From positions 9,114-73,113 of the IMG/VR virus record IMGVR_UViG_3300014613_000025: 64,000 nucleotides of DNA. The stretch is one strand, 5' to 3'. Under the pieces are notes generated by a model. That model searched no databases and was not told the DNA's origin. It saw only the letters and a program-made list of their open reading frames with translations. Origin of the DNA: a virus. Its lineage: Duplodnaviria > Caudoviricetes. Shown here piece after piece: positions 27,018-34,509 of the stretch. The first letter of the stretch is position 1; every line of letters begins with the position of its first letter. The position numbers were made by a program, and so were the translations under genes.

Positions 27018-27033
27018 TGCAATTCTAGTGCCA
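27018..27033 (-). promoter_or_regulatory. sigma54 promoter 8
   Basis: TGGCACTAGAATTGCA; SD-containing leader. Confidence 0.8.
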
Positions 27034-27036
27034 CCG

Positions 27037-27258
27037 CTACGCCCTAGCCAAGAATCCTTTGCGGATTGCCAGGTACGCTTGCGACTGTTCGTTGCGGCCA
27101 TGCTTCGCACACGTTGCAGCCATACGGCCAGCGGCATCGGCAGCCATCATGGCGGCATCAACCGAGCCGTTGTAGCGGGCGAGTGCAAAGACCTTGGCTG
27201 CGCGGGTTGGCGTCAAGGAGCCGCTCAGTATCTCTTTGATTTGGTCGATGTAGTTCAT
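27037..27258 (-). CDS. Cassette protein MNYIDQ...
   Basis: Own sigma54 promoter. Confidence 0.65.
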   Translation of the reverse strand: MNYIDQIKEILSGSLTPTRAAKVFALARYNGSVDAAMMAADAAGRMAATCAKHGRNEQSQAYLAIRKGFLARA

Positions 27259-27271
27259 GACATCTTACCTT

Positions 27272-27287
27272 TGCAATCCTCGCGCCA
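27272..27287 (-). promoter_or_regulatory. sigma54 promoter 9
   Basis: TGGCGCGAGGATTGCA; ATG at +4. Confidence 0.75.
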
Positions 27288-27288
27288 A

Positions 27289-27477
27289 CTAGCGCCCGGT
27301 GTGCCTGAGATACCAGCGGACCGCGCCCGATTGAGTCTTGAACGTCTTGCTGACGGTAAACGTCATGGCGAGCCAAGTGCCGTCCGGTTGCGCGAAAACG
27401 CCGCTCGACAGGCTCTCGTTGTTGCCCATGTCAAGGGTCCGGTTCGTTACGGTCGGGGTTGTCGTTGTGGTCTTCAT
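27289..27477 (-). CDS. Cassette protein MKTTTT...
   Basis: Own sigma54 promoter. Confidence 0.65.
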   Translation of the reverse strand: MKTTTTTPTVTNRTLDMGNNESLSSGVFAQPDGTWLAMTFTVSKTFKTQSGAVRWYLRHTGR

Positions 27478-27492
27478 GATGCTTTCCTTCGG

Positions 27493-27508
27493 TGCAAACC
27501 TGATGCCA
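27493..27508 (-). promoter_or_regulatory. sigma54 promoter 10
   Basis: TGGCATCAGGTTTGCA; ATG at +6. Confidence 0.8.
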
Positions 27509-27512
27509 ACCG

Positions 27513-27749
27513 CTACACTTCGACGATGACGCAATCGCCATTGTCGATGGCGCGCACGAAGCTGGCGGTAGCACTGTTGGCCCAATACGAGCCGCAGTTT
27601 TCGAGGTAGCGCGAGAACACGCCAGCAAGTTGGGCAGACCTGAAAGTCTTGCGTGCGCGCTTGCCATTGATGGGGTCCGTGTAGCGGACCGTGGTGCGTC
27701 CGGTACGGGTTGTCGTGGTCTCGATGTCGGCGTTGTATTGAGTCGTCAT
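27513..27749 (-). CDS. Cassette protein MTTQYN...
   Basis: Own sigma54 promoter. Confidence 0.65.
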   Translation of the reverse strand: MTTQYNADIETTTTRTGRTTVRYTDPINGKRARKTFRSAQLAGVFSRYLENCGSYWANSATASFVRAIDNGDCVIVEV

Positions 27750-27764
27750 GATGCTTGTTCCTTA

Positions 27765-27780
27765 TGCGAGCGGCGTGCCA
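27765..27780 (-). promoter_or_regulatory. sigma54 promoter 11
   Basis: TGGCACGCCGCTCGCA; ATG at +6. Confidence 0.75.
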
Positions 27781-27781
27781 A

Positions 27782-28072
27782 TCACTCCCACGAACCGTTA
27801 CGCGTTCGGGTCAAGCCAACGGAGCGGCGGATGCCGTTGCTCGCGCGAGCCCTGGCGTTACGTGCGTTCCGCGCCTTGTCCTGCGTTGCCGCTTCGGTGC
27901 GTGCGCAAGTGCGTCCAGACTCGGTCAACGAAAGGTAATCGGCGTCGAATACGTCGCCTTCTGCGAGGCCGTAGGCCACAAGTGCGCCGAGAGTCTCCCA
28001 TCCGCATCGCGGGGTCTGGTTGAGGTAGAGGGCCAGGAGTGCATCGCGCTGGGTTCTGGTGAGCTTATTCAT
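27782..28072 (-). CDS. Cassette protein MNKLTR...
   Basis: Own sigma54 promoter. Confidence 0.65.
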   Translation of the reverse strand: MNKLTRTQRDALLALYLNQTPRCGWETLGALVAYGLAEGDVFDADYLSLTESGRTCARTEAATQDKARNARNARARASNGIRRSVGLTRTRNGSWE

Positions 28073-28085
28073 GGGAGATTCCTTA

Positions 28086-28101
28086 TGCGATACTTGTGCC
28101 A
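28086..28101 (-). promoter_or_regulatory. sigma54 promoter 12
   Basis: TGGCACAAGTATCGCA; ATG at +4. Confidence 0.75.
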
Positions 28102-28107
28102 AGTGGT

Positions 28108-28497
28108 CTAGCCGTTGTGGCGATGGCCGCTGCCGTTGCAACGGTAGCAGCAACCGCCGTTAATGTGGCGGTACTCAGGCAGCACACCAGTCCCACCACA
28201 GCGCGGGCACTTGGCGGCTTCGCGCTCTGCGTTGGCGACTGCTGCCTGAACCTGGTAAAGCGCATCCAAGCGCGTTTCCGTGGCGGAATCCATGGCCTTA
28301 GAGGTGGTCGCCATCAACAGGGCCAGCGGGTCGAAGGGTGCGGATGCATCGTAGGAGGCGTCAAGCGTCGGAGCGAAAGCAGCGCGAATCTCGGCGATAC
28401 GGTCGGCGATGGCATCGGAACCGGTTGCGATTGCCATTAGGTCAGCAACCACTTCGTCGTCGAGTGCGAGGAGGGCGGTGTTTTCGTTGGCGTTCAT
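28108..28497 (-). CDS. Cassette protein with C-terminal CxxCxGxG zinc finger
   Basis: CPRCGGTG...CYRCNGSG; own sigma54 promoter. Confidence 0.7.
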   Translation of the reverse strand: MNANENTALLALDDEVVADLMAIATGSDAIADRIAEIRAAFAPTLDASYDASAPFDPLALLMATTSKAMDSATETRLDALYQVQAAVANAEREAAKCPRCGGTGVLPEYRHINGGCCYRCNGSGHRHNG

Positions 28498-28512
28498 GAT
28501 GATAATTCCTAA

Positions 28513-28528
28513 TGCTAGATGCGTGCCA
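28513..28528 (-). promoter_or_regulatory. sigma54 promoter 13
   Basis: TGGCACGCATCTAGCA; ATG at +6. Confidence 0.75.
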
Positions 28529-28534
28529 ACTTGG

Positions 28535-28744
28535 CTAGCGAGCGCGGCGAGTCTTGCGAGTGGGCATCGTCAATTCGATATCGTCCACCGTGAGGGTATT
28601 GACGGCCTTGGTGGTATTGAGCCAGCGGACGCAGCGGTCGCACATGCAACGCCCCGCATCTTCGGAATCCATAAAGCAGACGTTGGTTCCGTAGGTGGGG
28701 TGGTTGGTGTCGATGGTAACGTTGGCGTGTTCTGCGTTCGTCAT
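28535..28744 (-). CDS. Cassette protein MTNAEH...
   Basis: Own sigma54 promoter; CMCDRC. Confidence 0.6.
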   Translation of the reverse strand: MTNAEHANVTIDTNHPTYGTNVCFMDSEDAGRCMCDRCVRWLNTTKAVNTLTVDDIELTMPTRKTRRAR

Positions 28745-28759
28745 GGTGCTTCGACACAA

Positions 28760-28775
28760 TGCAACAGCGATGCCA
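28760..28775 (-). promoter_or_regulatory. sigma54 promoter 14
   Basis: TGGCATCGCTGTTGCA; ATG at +6. Confidence 0.8.
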
Positions 28776-28867
28776 ACCAGACAACCTAGCCCAACCGCAT
28801 ATCATTACGCTGGCACTGCACGGAACCACCGATGTTCAGTGCTTTGGCGGGGCTGAAATGTATGGTG

Positions 28868-29335
28868 CCATACATGCAGGACTAAACGTATGACTTCAAT
28901 GTCATAGGGCCTTTAGCGCTTTGATTCTCGATGAAACGTGACGCCAAAGGGGAATGACCATACATGTAGGAGCAAACGTATGACTTGAAAGTCATAGGGC
29001 CAAACCGTCACGATGTGCCTAGAAAACAAGCGTGGCGCGCAAAGCGTGGCTGAATGACCATACACGTAGGAGCAAACGCATGGCGCCGTGGTCATACTGA
29101 ACAAGGCCCAACCCCATCGAGCGGACCTTGGCGCCGTGGTCCGATGTCGAATGTTCGCGTTGGCCTTGTTCTGTAGCGTTTAGCGTTCGTTGGGCCACGA
29201 GTCCGCAACGTTTGCATACCACCACGACATCAAAGTCATAGGTGTTTCGGGTTCGCGGAATGCCTTGAATCGTAGCGGCAAGCGCGGCGTGACCATACAT
29301 GCAGGAGCAAATGCATGACTTCAATGTCATGGTGC
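28868..29335. promoter_or_regulatory. Palindrome cluster B (5 sites; four lie in a 43-bp repeat unit)
   Basis: Sites at 28889, 28979, 29079, 29223, 29314. Confidence 0.75.
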
Positions 29336-29504
29336 TGTGTGGGATAGCGTGTGGGCTGGTGGCAACCTGTGGGAGCTATTCGTTGACAGCGTGGAATAGT
29401 GCGGCGTTTTGGACGGTGGGCCATTGCTGGGCCAAGGATGGGCCTAGGACGCGTCGGGGTGGCGCCATGGCATCCAAGGCCAACCTGTGGCCGAAAGGGC
29501 CGTC

Positions 29505-29837
29505 CTAGGCCAACGTCGCGCGCCAATACCAGAGACCGCGCGCGCCGGTTGACTGGTAGAATACCTCGCCACGGTCCCCAACGTCTCCGTGGGTTGGAGC
29601 GCCGATACCGTGCAGGTAGTATCGTTCGCCATCATCCGCGCGGATTGTCCAGACGTAGGCGTTATAGTGGCAGGGTTTGCCTACGATGGTAGCTGGTTTG
29701 CCTGTGGGCGAAATGTCAAGGTAAGCCTGGGCCAACCTAACCATGTTGGGCGCTCCGGGTATTGCGTGAGATACCAGATACTCTGCCAATTGCCTGGGTG
29801 ACATGTCGTCGGGGTCGATTGGATTATTCTGTTCCAC
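29505..29837 (-). CDS. Hypothetical protein
   Basis: GTG start with SD AAGGAGG. Confidence 0.65.
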   Translation of the reverse strand: MEQNNPIDPDDMSPRQLAEYLVSHAIPGAPNMVRLAQAYLDISPTGKPATIVGKPCHYNAYVWTIRADDGERYYLHGIGAPTHGDVGDRGEVFYQSTGARGLWYWRATLA

Positions 29838-29846
29838 TATTCCTCC

Positions 29847-30161
29847 TTACAGGCTCAGATAAAGGCCGGTCTCATCGGTGAACAAGGTCTTCAACCCATC
29901 GGCGTAGATGTCGCTATGCGCGCTGCGCTTGGTTGCCTTGCCGCCACGGACCGTCCAGAATTCAACGGTGTAGGTGTCGCTAGGGTCCAAGCGAACCTTG
30001 ACCATGTTTGACTTGTTACGGGCGCGCGCCTTGAACCGGAATGACGCGGTGTCCTCCGTCCCGAAGAACGATGACGCGCCAAGCATGGCGGAGAGTCGGC
30101 CCGTGCCGCCCATCTGGGCTAGGATTGTGTTTGCAACTTCGAGGTTGGTTTGCGTTGTCAT
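29847..30161 (-). CDS. Phage protein MTTQTNLEVANTILAQMGG...
   Basis: Own sigma54 promoter; TILAQMGG...DTYTVEF...DIYADGL pattern recalled from phage hypothetical proteins. Confidence 0.7.
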   Translation of the reverse strand: MTTQTNLEVANTILAQMGGTGRLSAMLGASSFFGTEDTASFRFKARARNKSNMVKVRLDPSDTYTVEFWTVRGGKATKRSAHSDIYADGLKTLFTDETGLYLSL

Positions 30162-30176
30162 GATGCTTTCCTGTCT

Positions 30177-30192
30177 TGCACGAGCCGTGCCA
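30177..30192 (-). promoter_or_regulatory. sigma54 promoter 15
   Basis: TGGCACGGCTCGTGCA; ATG at +6. Confidence 0.8.
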
Positions 30193-30474
30193 TCACTTGC
30201 TGGCGAGGTAGGCAACCACTCGGCGCAGGTCGCGTGCGCCAAGGGATCCGAACCTGTCAGCGATCCATCCGCCGTCCGAGTCGCTAACGCTAGCGCTCGT
30301 TCCTTTGCCGCAAGCGGAAGGGGTTACGGTAAGCACTGCGTCAGCCGGAACCTGGCGCACGCGAACCTTGGTCCCCTCGTAGCAACCCGCGTTGACGTAG
30401 GCGAGCGGTTGGCCCCAAAGGGCGGAGCAGAGGTCAGCGGCTGAGACGGTGATGGGGTTGGTGAAGTTCGTCAT
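30193..30474 (-). CDS. Cassette protein MTNFTN...
   Basis: Own sigma54 promoter. Confidence 0.65.
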   Translation of the reverse strand: MTNFTNPITVSAADLCSALWGQPLAYVNAGCYEGTKVRVRQVPADAVLTVTPSACGKGTSASVSDSDGGWIADRFGSLGARDLRRVVAYLASK

Positions 30475-30489
30475 GGTGTTGGTTCTCTT

Positions 30490-30505
30490 TGCACGAGCCG
30501 TGCCA
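30490..30505 (-). promoter_or_regulatory. sigma54 promoter 16
   Basis: TGGCACGGCTCGTGCA (identical to 15); ATG at +6. Confidence 0.8.
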
Positions 30506-30562
30506 CTAACGCAGCATGCCCCGCGTGGCATGCGCCAGCGGGGCGGTTGGCGTGGGTTCTGG

Positions 30563-30790
30563 CTACACGCTCTCGGCCACTTCCTGCAAACGCCGCATCC
30601 AATACGCCTTCTCTTCCCTGCCGCCAATCACCATCTCATTGGCTGCGCGGCAAGCCTCAACGTGCGAGTAAAACCCGCACTCGCCAGCGTTGGGCGCGTT
30701 GGCAACGAGGGAGGCGAATCGGGCCTTGCCAGCAAGGATGCAGCGTTCGGATTTGGCGATCTGGTTGGTGATGTAGGTTGCGGTATTCAT
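30563..30790 (-). CDS. Cassette protein MNTATY...
   Basis: sigma54 promoter plus SD AAGGAG. Confidence 0.65.
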   Translation of the reverse strand: MNTATYITNQIAKSERCILAGKARFASLVANAPNAGECGFYSHVEACRAANEMVIGGREEKAYWMRRLQEVAESV

Positions 30791-30818
30791 GGTTCGTGTT
30801 CTCCTTGCCAGATAGCAA

Positions 30819-30834
30819 TGCACTCCGCGTGCCA
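30819..30834 (-). promoter_or_regulatory. sigma54 promoter 17
   Basis: TGGCACGCGGAGTGCA; SD-containing leader. Confidence 0.75.
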
Positions 30835-30838
30835 ACCG

Positions 30839-31030
30839 CTACCAGTCCTCCAACCACTCGATGGTGGCCCCGTCTTCCAGCAAGGCCCACGGGCGGCCAT
30901 CGTGGTAAACGAGCACGAACCAAAGATGCCACTCGCCGATTTTGTTACACACGTGAGGGCGGCCCATGATGTCGCTGGTTTTGATGTAGTCGGAGCAAGC
31001 GGCTTGGGTCGTGAAGGTCATGGTATTCAT
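30839..31030 (-). CDS. Cassette protein MNTMTF...
   Basis: Own sigma54 promoter. Confidence 0.65.
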   Translation of the reverse strand: MNTMTFTTQAACSDYIKTSDIMGRPHVCNKIGEWHLWFVLVYHDGRPWALLEDGATIEWLEDW

Positions 31031-31045
31031 GGTGCTTGGTTCCTT

Positions 31046-31061
31046 TGCGAGACTCGTGCCA
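31046..31061 (-). promoter_or_regulatory. sigma54 promoter 18
   Basis: TGGCACGAGTCTCGCA; ATG at +6. Confidence 0.75.
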
Positions 31062-31065
31062 ATGT

Positions 31066-31266
31066 CTACGCTATCCTGAGACCTGACACCAGCCTCTGGT
31101 TCGCTCGGCTGTAGGTGGCGGTGCTGACTCGGTCAAGCTCTGCCTTTGCCGCTGCATCGCCAGTCCACGCCTTCGTTGTCTTGTCGAACGCGAATCCGCA
31201 GTCGCGGAGCAGTTTCGCTGCGGGGTAGGTGTTTCCGGTGATGGTGACTGTGTTCTCGTTGTTCAT
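31066..31266 (-). CDS. Cassette protein with GNTY...G..FD..TK.W motif (DUF5710/HARP-like)
   Basis: TITGNTYPAAKLLRDCGFAFDKTTKAW. Confidence 0.65.
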   Translation of the reverse strand: MNNENTVTITGNTYPAAKLLRDCGFAFDKTTKAWTGDAAAKAELDRVSTATYSRANQRLVSGLRIA

Positions 31267-31281
31267 GATGACTCTTCCTTA

Positions 31282-31297
31282 TGCACTCAGCGTGCCA
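31282..31297 (-). promoter_or_regulatory. sigma54 promoter 19
   Basis: TGGCACGCTGAGTGCA; ATG at +6. Confidence 0.8.
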
Positions 31298-31298
31298 A

Positions 31299-31466
31299 TC
31301 ATGCCCAGGTTTCGGTGCAGAGTACCTCGAACCCATTGACGCGACCCTTGCTGTCAAGCGATTCGCGCACCAGTCGGCGGACCTTGCGGCAAGTGTTGGT
31401 CTCCCAGAAGCAGCGGTATTCGACGGTCGGGGCCACGGTCGACTTGGTGTTGTTTTGGTTCTTCAT
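31299..31466 (-). CDS. 55-aa cassette protein MKNQNNTK..., not in the ORF track
   Basis: Own sigma54 promoter; TGA abuts the next promoter. Confidence 0.6.
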   Translation of the reverse strand: MKNQNNTKSTVAPTVEYRCFWETNTCRKVRRLVRESLDSKGRVNGFEVLCTETWA

Positions 31467-31481
31467 GGTACAAGTTACCTT

Positions 31482-31497
31482 TGCACGCGTCGTGCCA
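31482..31497 (-). promoter_or_regulatory. sigma54 promoter 20
   Basis: TGGCACGACGCGTGCA; ATG at +6. Confidence 0.8.
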
Positions 31498-31517
31498 GGT
31501 TCAACAAAACTAACCGT

Positions 31518-31784
31518 TCAGCATCCCCAGATCCAGATCTGGTAAGTGTTCAGATTGCCGTGTTCATGCAGATATTCGAGCGCATCGGCGAAGTCTTCGC
31601 GCGTCCAATCGAGCACGCGGATCGCTATCGATTCGTTCGAATAGCGCGGCTTGCGCGTTAGCATCTTTCCGTAGTCGTCGAGGTTCCACTCACCTCCCCT
31701 GGCTCCTCGTTCCAACAACGCACGCAAGCCACGGGGGGTAAAAGCCCAGTAGTGATCGTACTGCTGAACGTATATTCTAGACAT
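31518..31784 (-). CDS. Hypothetical protein MSRIYV...
   Basis: SD AAGGA; overlaps the upstream ORF. Confidence 0.6.
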   Translation of the reverse strand: MSRIYVQQYDHYWAFTPRGLRALLERGARGGEWNLDDYGKMLTRKPRYSNESIAIRVLDWTREDFADALEYLHEHGNLNTYQIWIWGC

Positions 31785-31941
31785 TGCAGCTATCTTCCTT
31801 GTCCAACCTAAGTTCCGTCGCTACGATCCTGCGAATGTAGGCTTCAATTTGGTCCCGCGATGCCATCCCAGGAATCCCTAGCCGCGTGGCTATCGTGCGG
31901 CGATCTTCGTCAGTTACCTCGACCAAAACTCGAATTTTCAT
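31777..31941 (-). CDS. Small protein MKIRVL...
   Basis: SD GGGGGG. Confidence 0.5.
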   Translation of the reverse strand: MKIRVLVEVTDEDRRTIATRLGIPGMASRDQIEAYIRRIVATELRLDKEDSCNV

Positions 31942-31949
31942 GTCCCCCC

Positions 31950-32231
31950 CTACGCTCGGCAAAGGTGGACCCAGATCGACTTGATCGTCCACGTCCCATA
32001 GTCGGCATCGTCTACCATGTCCAAGTCGAACATGCGGTCGACCACGGCGTCCGAAACCCGGCGCTCCCACACGGGCCGAGCGGAGTCGAAGATCGACCAC
32101 ATTTTCTCGCCAAGGCCCGGCCTCATCAGAGTGACGGTCCCAGTACACTCCGCGAGGGCCTTTCGCAATCCGGCGGGTAGGCGAGCGGGGTTGTTGTCTG
32201 TGCCCGCGGTGCGCTTGCTCGTGCTCTTCAT
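31950..32231 (-). CDS. Cassette protein MKSTSK...
   Basis: sigma54 promoter plus AGGAGGACACGAACC leader. Confidence 0.65.
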   Translation of the reverse strand: MKSTSKRTAGTDNNPARLPAGLRKALAECTGTVTLMRPGLGEKMWSIFDSARPVWERRVSDAVVDRMFDLDMVDDADYGTWTIKSIWVHLCRA

Positions 32232-32258
32232 GGTTCGTGTCCTCCTGCTTGTTATCAT

Positions 32259-32274
32259 TGCATTCAGCGTGCCA
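32259..32274 (-). promoter_or_regulatory. sigma54 promoter 21
   Basis: TGGCACGCTGAATGCA; SD-containing leader. Confidence 0.75.
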
Positions 32275-32275
32275 A

Positions 32276-32533
32276 TCACTCCCCGCAGAATCCGTCGTCG
32301 CATAGACAAGCCGTTGCGTTGCCTTTCGCCCAATCCTTGGCCGCCGTCAAGGCTCGGAACCACTTGCTCTTACCATTGTCCAGGCACACTTCGTATTCGG
32401 TCCCATGGATTTGGCTTACAAGCACCGTGATTGTTCCCTCGCTATTCCCATCGATGGCGACGTCAATCCGTGCGCTTCCGTCCCAGTTGGTGACCTTGTC
32501 TCCGAACGTGACCTTGTTTGTTTGAGTCTTCAT
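32276..32533 (-). CDS. Cassette protein MKTQTN...
   Basis: Own sigma54 promoter. Confidence 0.65.
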   Translation of the reverse strand: MKTQTNKVTFGDKVTNWDGSARIDVAIDGNSEGTITVLVSQIHGTEYEVCLDNGKSKWFRALTAAKDWAKGNATACLCDDGFCGE

Positions 32534-32548
32534 GGTACAAGTTACCTT

Positions 32549-32564
32549 TGCAGGACGTGTGCCA
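32549..32564 (-). promoter_or_regulatory. sigma54 promoter 22
   Basis: TGGCACACGTCCTGCA; ATG at +6. Confidence 0.75.
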
Positions 32565-32574
32565 ACCTGACGGC

Positions 32575-32784
32575 TCACTCGAATTCGGCGAACAGGTCAG
32601 GTTCGCCATCGGCGTCCACCGGGCGACCCTGGGCGACCCAATCGGCCTTGAATGCAGCGTGGCAAGCGGCAACGCGAGCGGATTCCGCTGCATCCGCGCG
32701 TCGCTCCTTAGCGGTGCGGTAGTAGTTCGCGGGGTTGCTGATGTAGGCGTGGACGTCTGCGAAGCTGGTTTGGTTGTTGTTCAT
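32575..32784 (-). CDS. Cassette protein MNNNQT...
   Basis: Own sigma54 promoter. Confidence 0.65.
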   Translation of the reverse strand: MNNNQTSFADVHAYISNPANYYRTAKERRADAAESARVAACHAAFKADWVAQGRPVDADGEPDLFAEFE

Positions 32785-32799
32785 GGTGCAATCCTACCT

Positions 32800-32815
32800 A
32801 GCACGCACTGTGCCA
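32800..32815 (-). promoter_or_regulatory. sigma54 promoter 23
   Basis: TGGCACAGTGCGTGCT; ATG at +6. Confidence 0.75.
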
Positions 32816-32883
32816 ATACCCCAACGACACCGCGAAGCGCTACGTCTACCGACGAAAGCGCGTTCCACTGAGTGGATTCATAC

Positions 32884-33309
32884 CACGACTTTCAAGTCGT
32901 GCCTGTGCAAAGTTTGCCGGTTTGGCCAAAAACGTATGGTCACTGTTCCGCGATACGCTATGAAACAAGGGTTAGCGTAACTTGCGCACACCTGAACACC
33001 GCACGACTTTCAAGTCGTGGTGTTGCTGGCATGCCTTGTTTTGTGGCGTTTGGCAAAGGGTACAAGTAATGCTGGTACCCTTGGGGCCACGGCCCGCAAC
33101 GGTGTGTGCGCTTGGTAGGACATGTGCGCTTGCCATGGCGTCAATGTCATACTGAACAAGCCAAACCGCACGACTTGCCGTAACCTGTAGGCTTTAGCCA
33201 CCACGACTTCGATGTCATGCTGAACAAGCCCCAATGGTGCACGGTTGTTGTGTTTGGCTTTAGTTGTGCGGATATCGTGGTAGGCGGCGGGTATGGCGTG
33301 GATGTCGTG
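32884..33309. promoter_or_regulatory. Palindrome cluster C (5 sites)
   Basis: Sites at 32884, 33002, 33134, 33202, 33292. Confidence 0.75.
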
Positions 33310-33328
33310 GTGGGTGTGCGTTCAGTGT

Positions 33329-33778
33329 CTAACCGACGATGCGCAACCCGGCATCGGCGACCATGGCCCGCACGATGTCAAGCGGAAGGTTGACCACCGC
33401 GACGCACCAGCCGTATCCGTAGCGCGTACGGCCCTCGTATTCATCGAAGCCAATCCGGCGCAGGGCGCGGATAGCAACGCCACGAGACGTCGCCTCAACC
33501 TCATATTCCCCAGCGGTATCCTGGTGGCTCAACTTGGTCGCAAGCGCACGGACTGCCTTGCGTGTCGAGTCGTCTCCGGTCAAGGTCGCGAGGCAATCGC
33601 CACCCATGGGACCGTGCGAGGTCAGGAAGACGTTGCCAATCCTCGCGCCGCAGCACACGCATGAGATGTTGGCAAAGGTTCCGCCAAGCGCTTCCAGGGC
33701 CGCTGGCGAGCCAGCAACCGCGAATCCTTCGAGGGCCACGCCGTCAAACTTGTCGCGGATCTTCTGGGTAAGTCGCAT
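33329..33778 (-). CDS. Zn-ribbon hypothetical protein downstream of the tRNA-like RNA
   Basis: SD GAGGGAG; CVCCG...GGDC. Confidence 0.65.
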   Translation of the reverse strand: MRLTQKIRDKFDGVALEGFAVAGSPAALEALGGTFANISCVCCGARIGNVFLTSHGPMGGDCLATLTGDDSTRKAVRALATKLSHQDTAGEYEVEATSRGVAIRALRRIGFDEYEGRTRYGYGWCVAVVNLPLDIVRAMVADAGLRIVG

Positions 33779-33804
33779 CGTCGTCTCCCTCTTCTCGTTG
33801 TCCT

Positions 33805-33889
33805 TGGTCGCAACCGTTGGAGTCGAACCAACCTTATACCACAATCACCCTGGTGGGCGCTCGCCGGAGCCTTTTCGTTGTGGGCTGCG
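33805..33889 (-). ncRNA. 85-nt tRNA-like RNA (acceptor stem, T arm and CCA; non-canonical core)
   Basis: CGCAGCC/GGTTGCG-A-CCA; GTTGG-TTCGACT-CCAAC; begins at +5 of sigma54 promoter 24. Confidence 0.75.
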
Positions 33890-33903
33890 ATGCTTGGTGA
33901 GTA

Positions 33904-33919
33904 TGCGAACGGCGTGCCA
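33904..33919 (-). promoter_or_regulatory. sigma54 promoter 24 (drives the tRNA-like RNA)
   Basis: TGGCACGCCGTTCGCA. Confidence 0.75.
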
Positions 33920-33921
33920 AG

Positions 33922-34113
33922 CTATGCGGCACGCTGGCTTTCCAACAGCGCTAGCCGCCAATACGCGGCCTCAAGCCGCTCGCCCACACGGAGGCCGTGC
34001 CAGGTGTGGGTTACGCCAGCGAACCGCCTATTGTTTAGGTCGCGAATCTCGACCTTGAGGTCAAGGATGCGACGTTGGATAAGCTCAGGAGTCATGCGGG
34101 TTGTGTTCGTCAT
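33922..34113 (-). CDS. Cassette protein MTNTTR...
   Basis: Own sigma54 promoter. Confidence 0.65.
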   Translation of the reverse strand: MTNTTRMTPELIQRRILDLKVEIRDLNNRRFAGVTHTWHGLRVGERLEAAYWRLALLESQRAA

Positions 34114-34126
34114 GGCTCTACTCCCA

Positions 34127-34142
34127 TGCACTCAGCGTGCCA
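34127..34142 (-). promoter_or_regulatory. sigma54 promoter 25
   Basis: TGGCACGCTGAGTGCA (identical to 19); ATG at +4. Confidence 0.8.
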
Positions 34143-34147
34143 AGCGC

Positions 34148-34411
34148 TCAGCGCGTTACCCTGAACCCCTGCGAGGTTGCGTTCAGGTAGACGTTCTCGG
34201 CGGCGATGCGGCAGTTGTTGCGGTGCGTTTCGGCATCGAGCAGAGCTTGCGGCCACTGCTCAGGTACACCGGCGCAGATCGTAGCGTACCGCAGCGCATT
34301 GTATGCGTGAATGGCCTTATCGTAGGCTTTCGTCGCCTTGTTCATGGCAACCTTGGCAGCGCGCGCGGTCGGGAAGGTCTTGGTCTCGGCGGGGTTGGCT
34401 TGGTTCGTCAT
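34148..34411 (-). CDS. Cassette protein MTNQAN...
   Basis: Own sigma54 promoter. Confidence 0.65.
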   Translation of the reverse strand: MTNQANPAETKTFPTARAAKVAMNKATKAYDKAIHAYNALRYATICAGVPEQWPQALLDAETHRNNCRIAAENVYLNATSQGFRVTR

Positions 34412-34426
34412 GGTGCAAACCCACTA

Positions 34427-34442
34427 TGCACGCACCATGCCA
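34427..34442 (-). promoter_or_regulatory. sigma54 promoter 26
   Basis: TGGCATGGTGCGTGCA; ATG at +6. Confidence 0.75.
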
Positions 34443-34509
34443 CGCAACACAAAAACGCGAAACGTCTACTCCCACAGGGACAACGTTGTTACACTAAGTA
34501 GATTCACAC

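Noticed and set aside
28868-29335. CRISPR array
   Set aside because: Repeats are 43 bp and degenerate, spacers are 47, 57 and 192 nt, no cas genes are present, and the same palindrome occurs singly in four other islands.
33805-33889. tmRNA or canonical class II tRNA
   Set aside because: No G3-U70 pair, no mRNA-like domain, only 85 nt; no D stem or 7-nt anticodon loop can be drawn.
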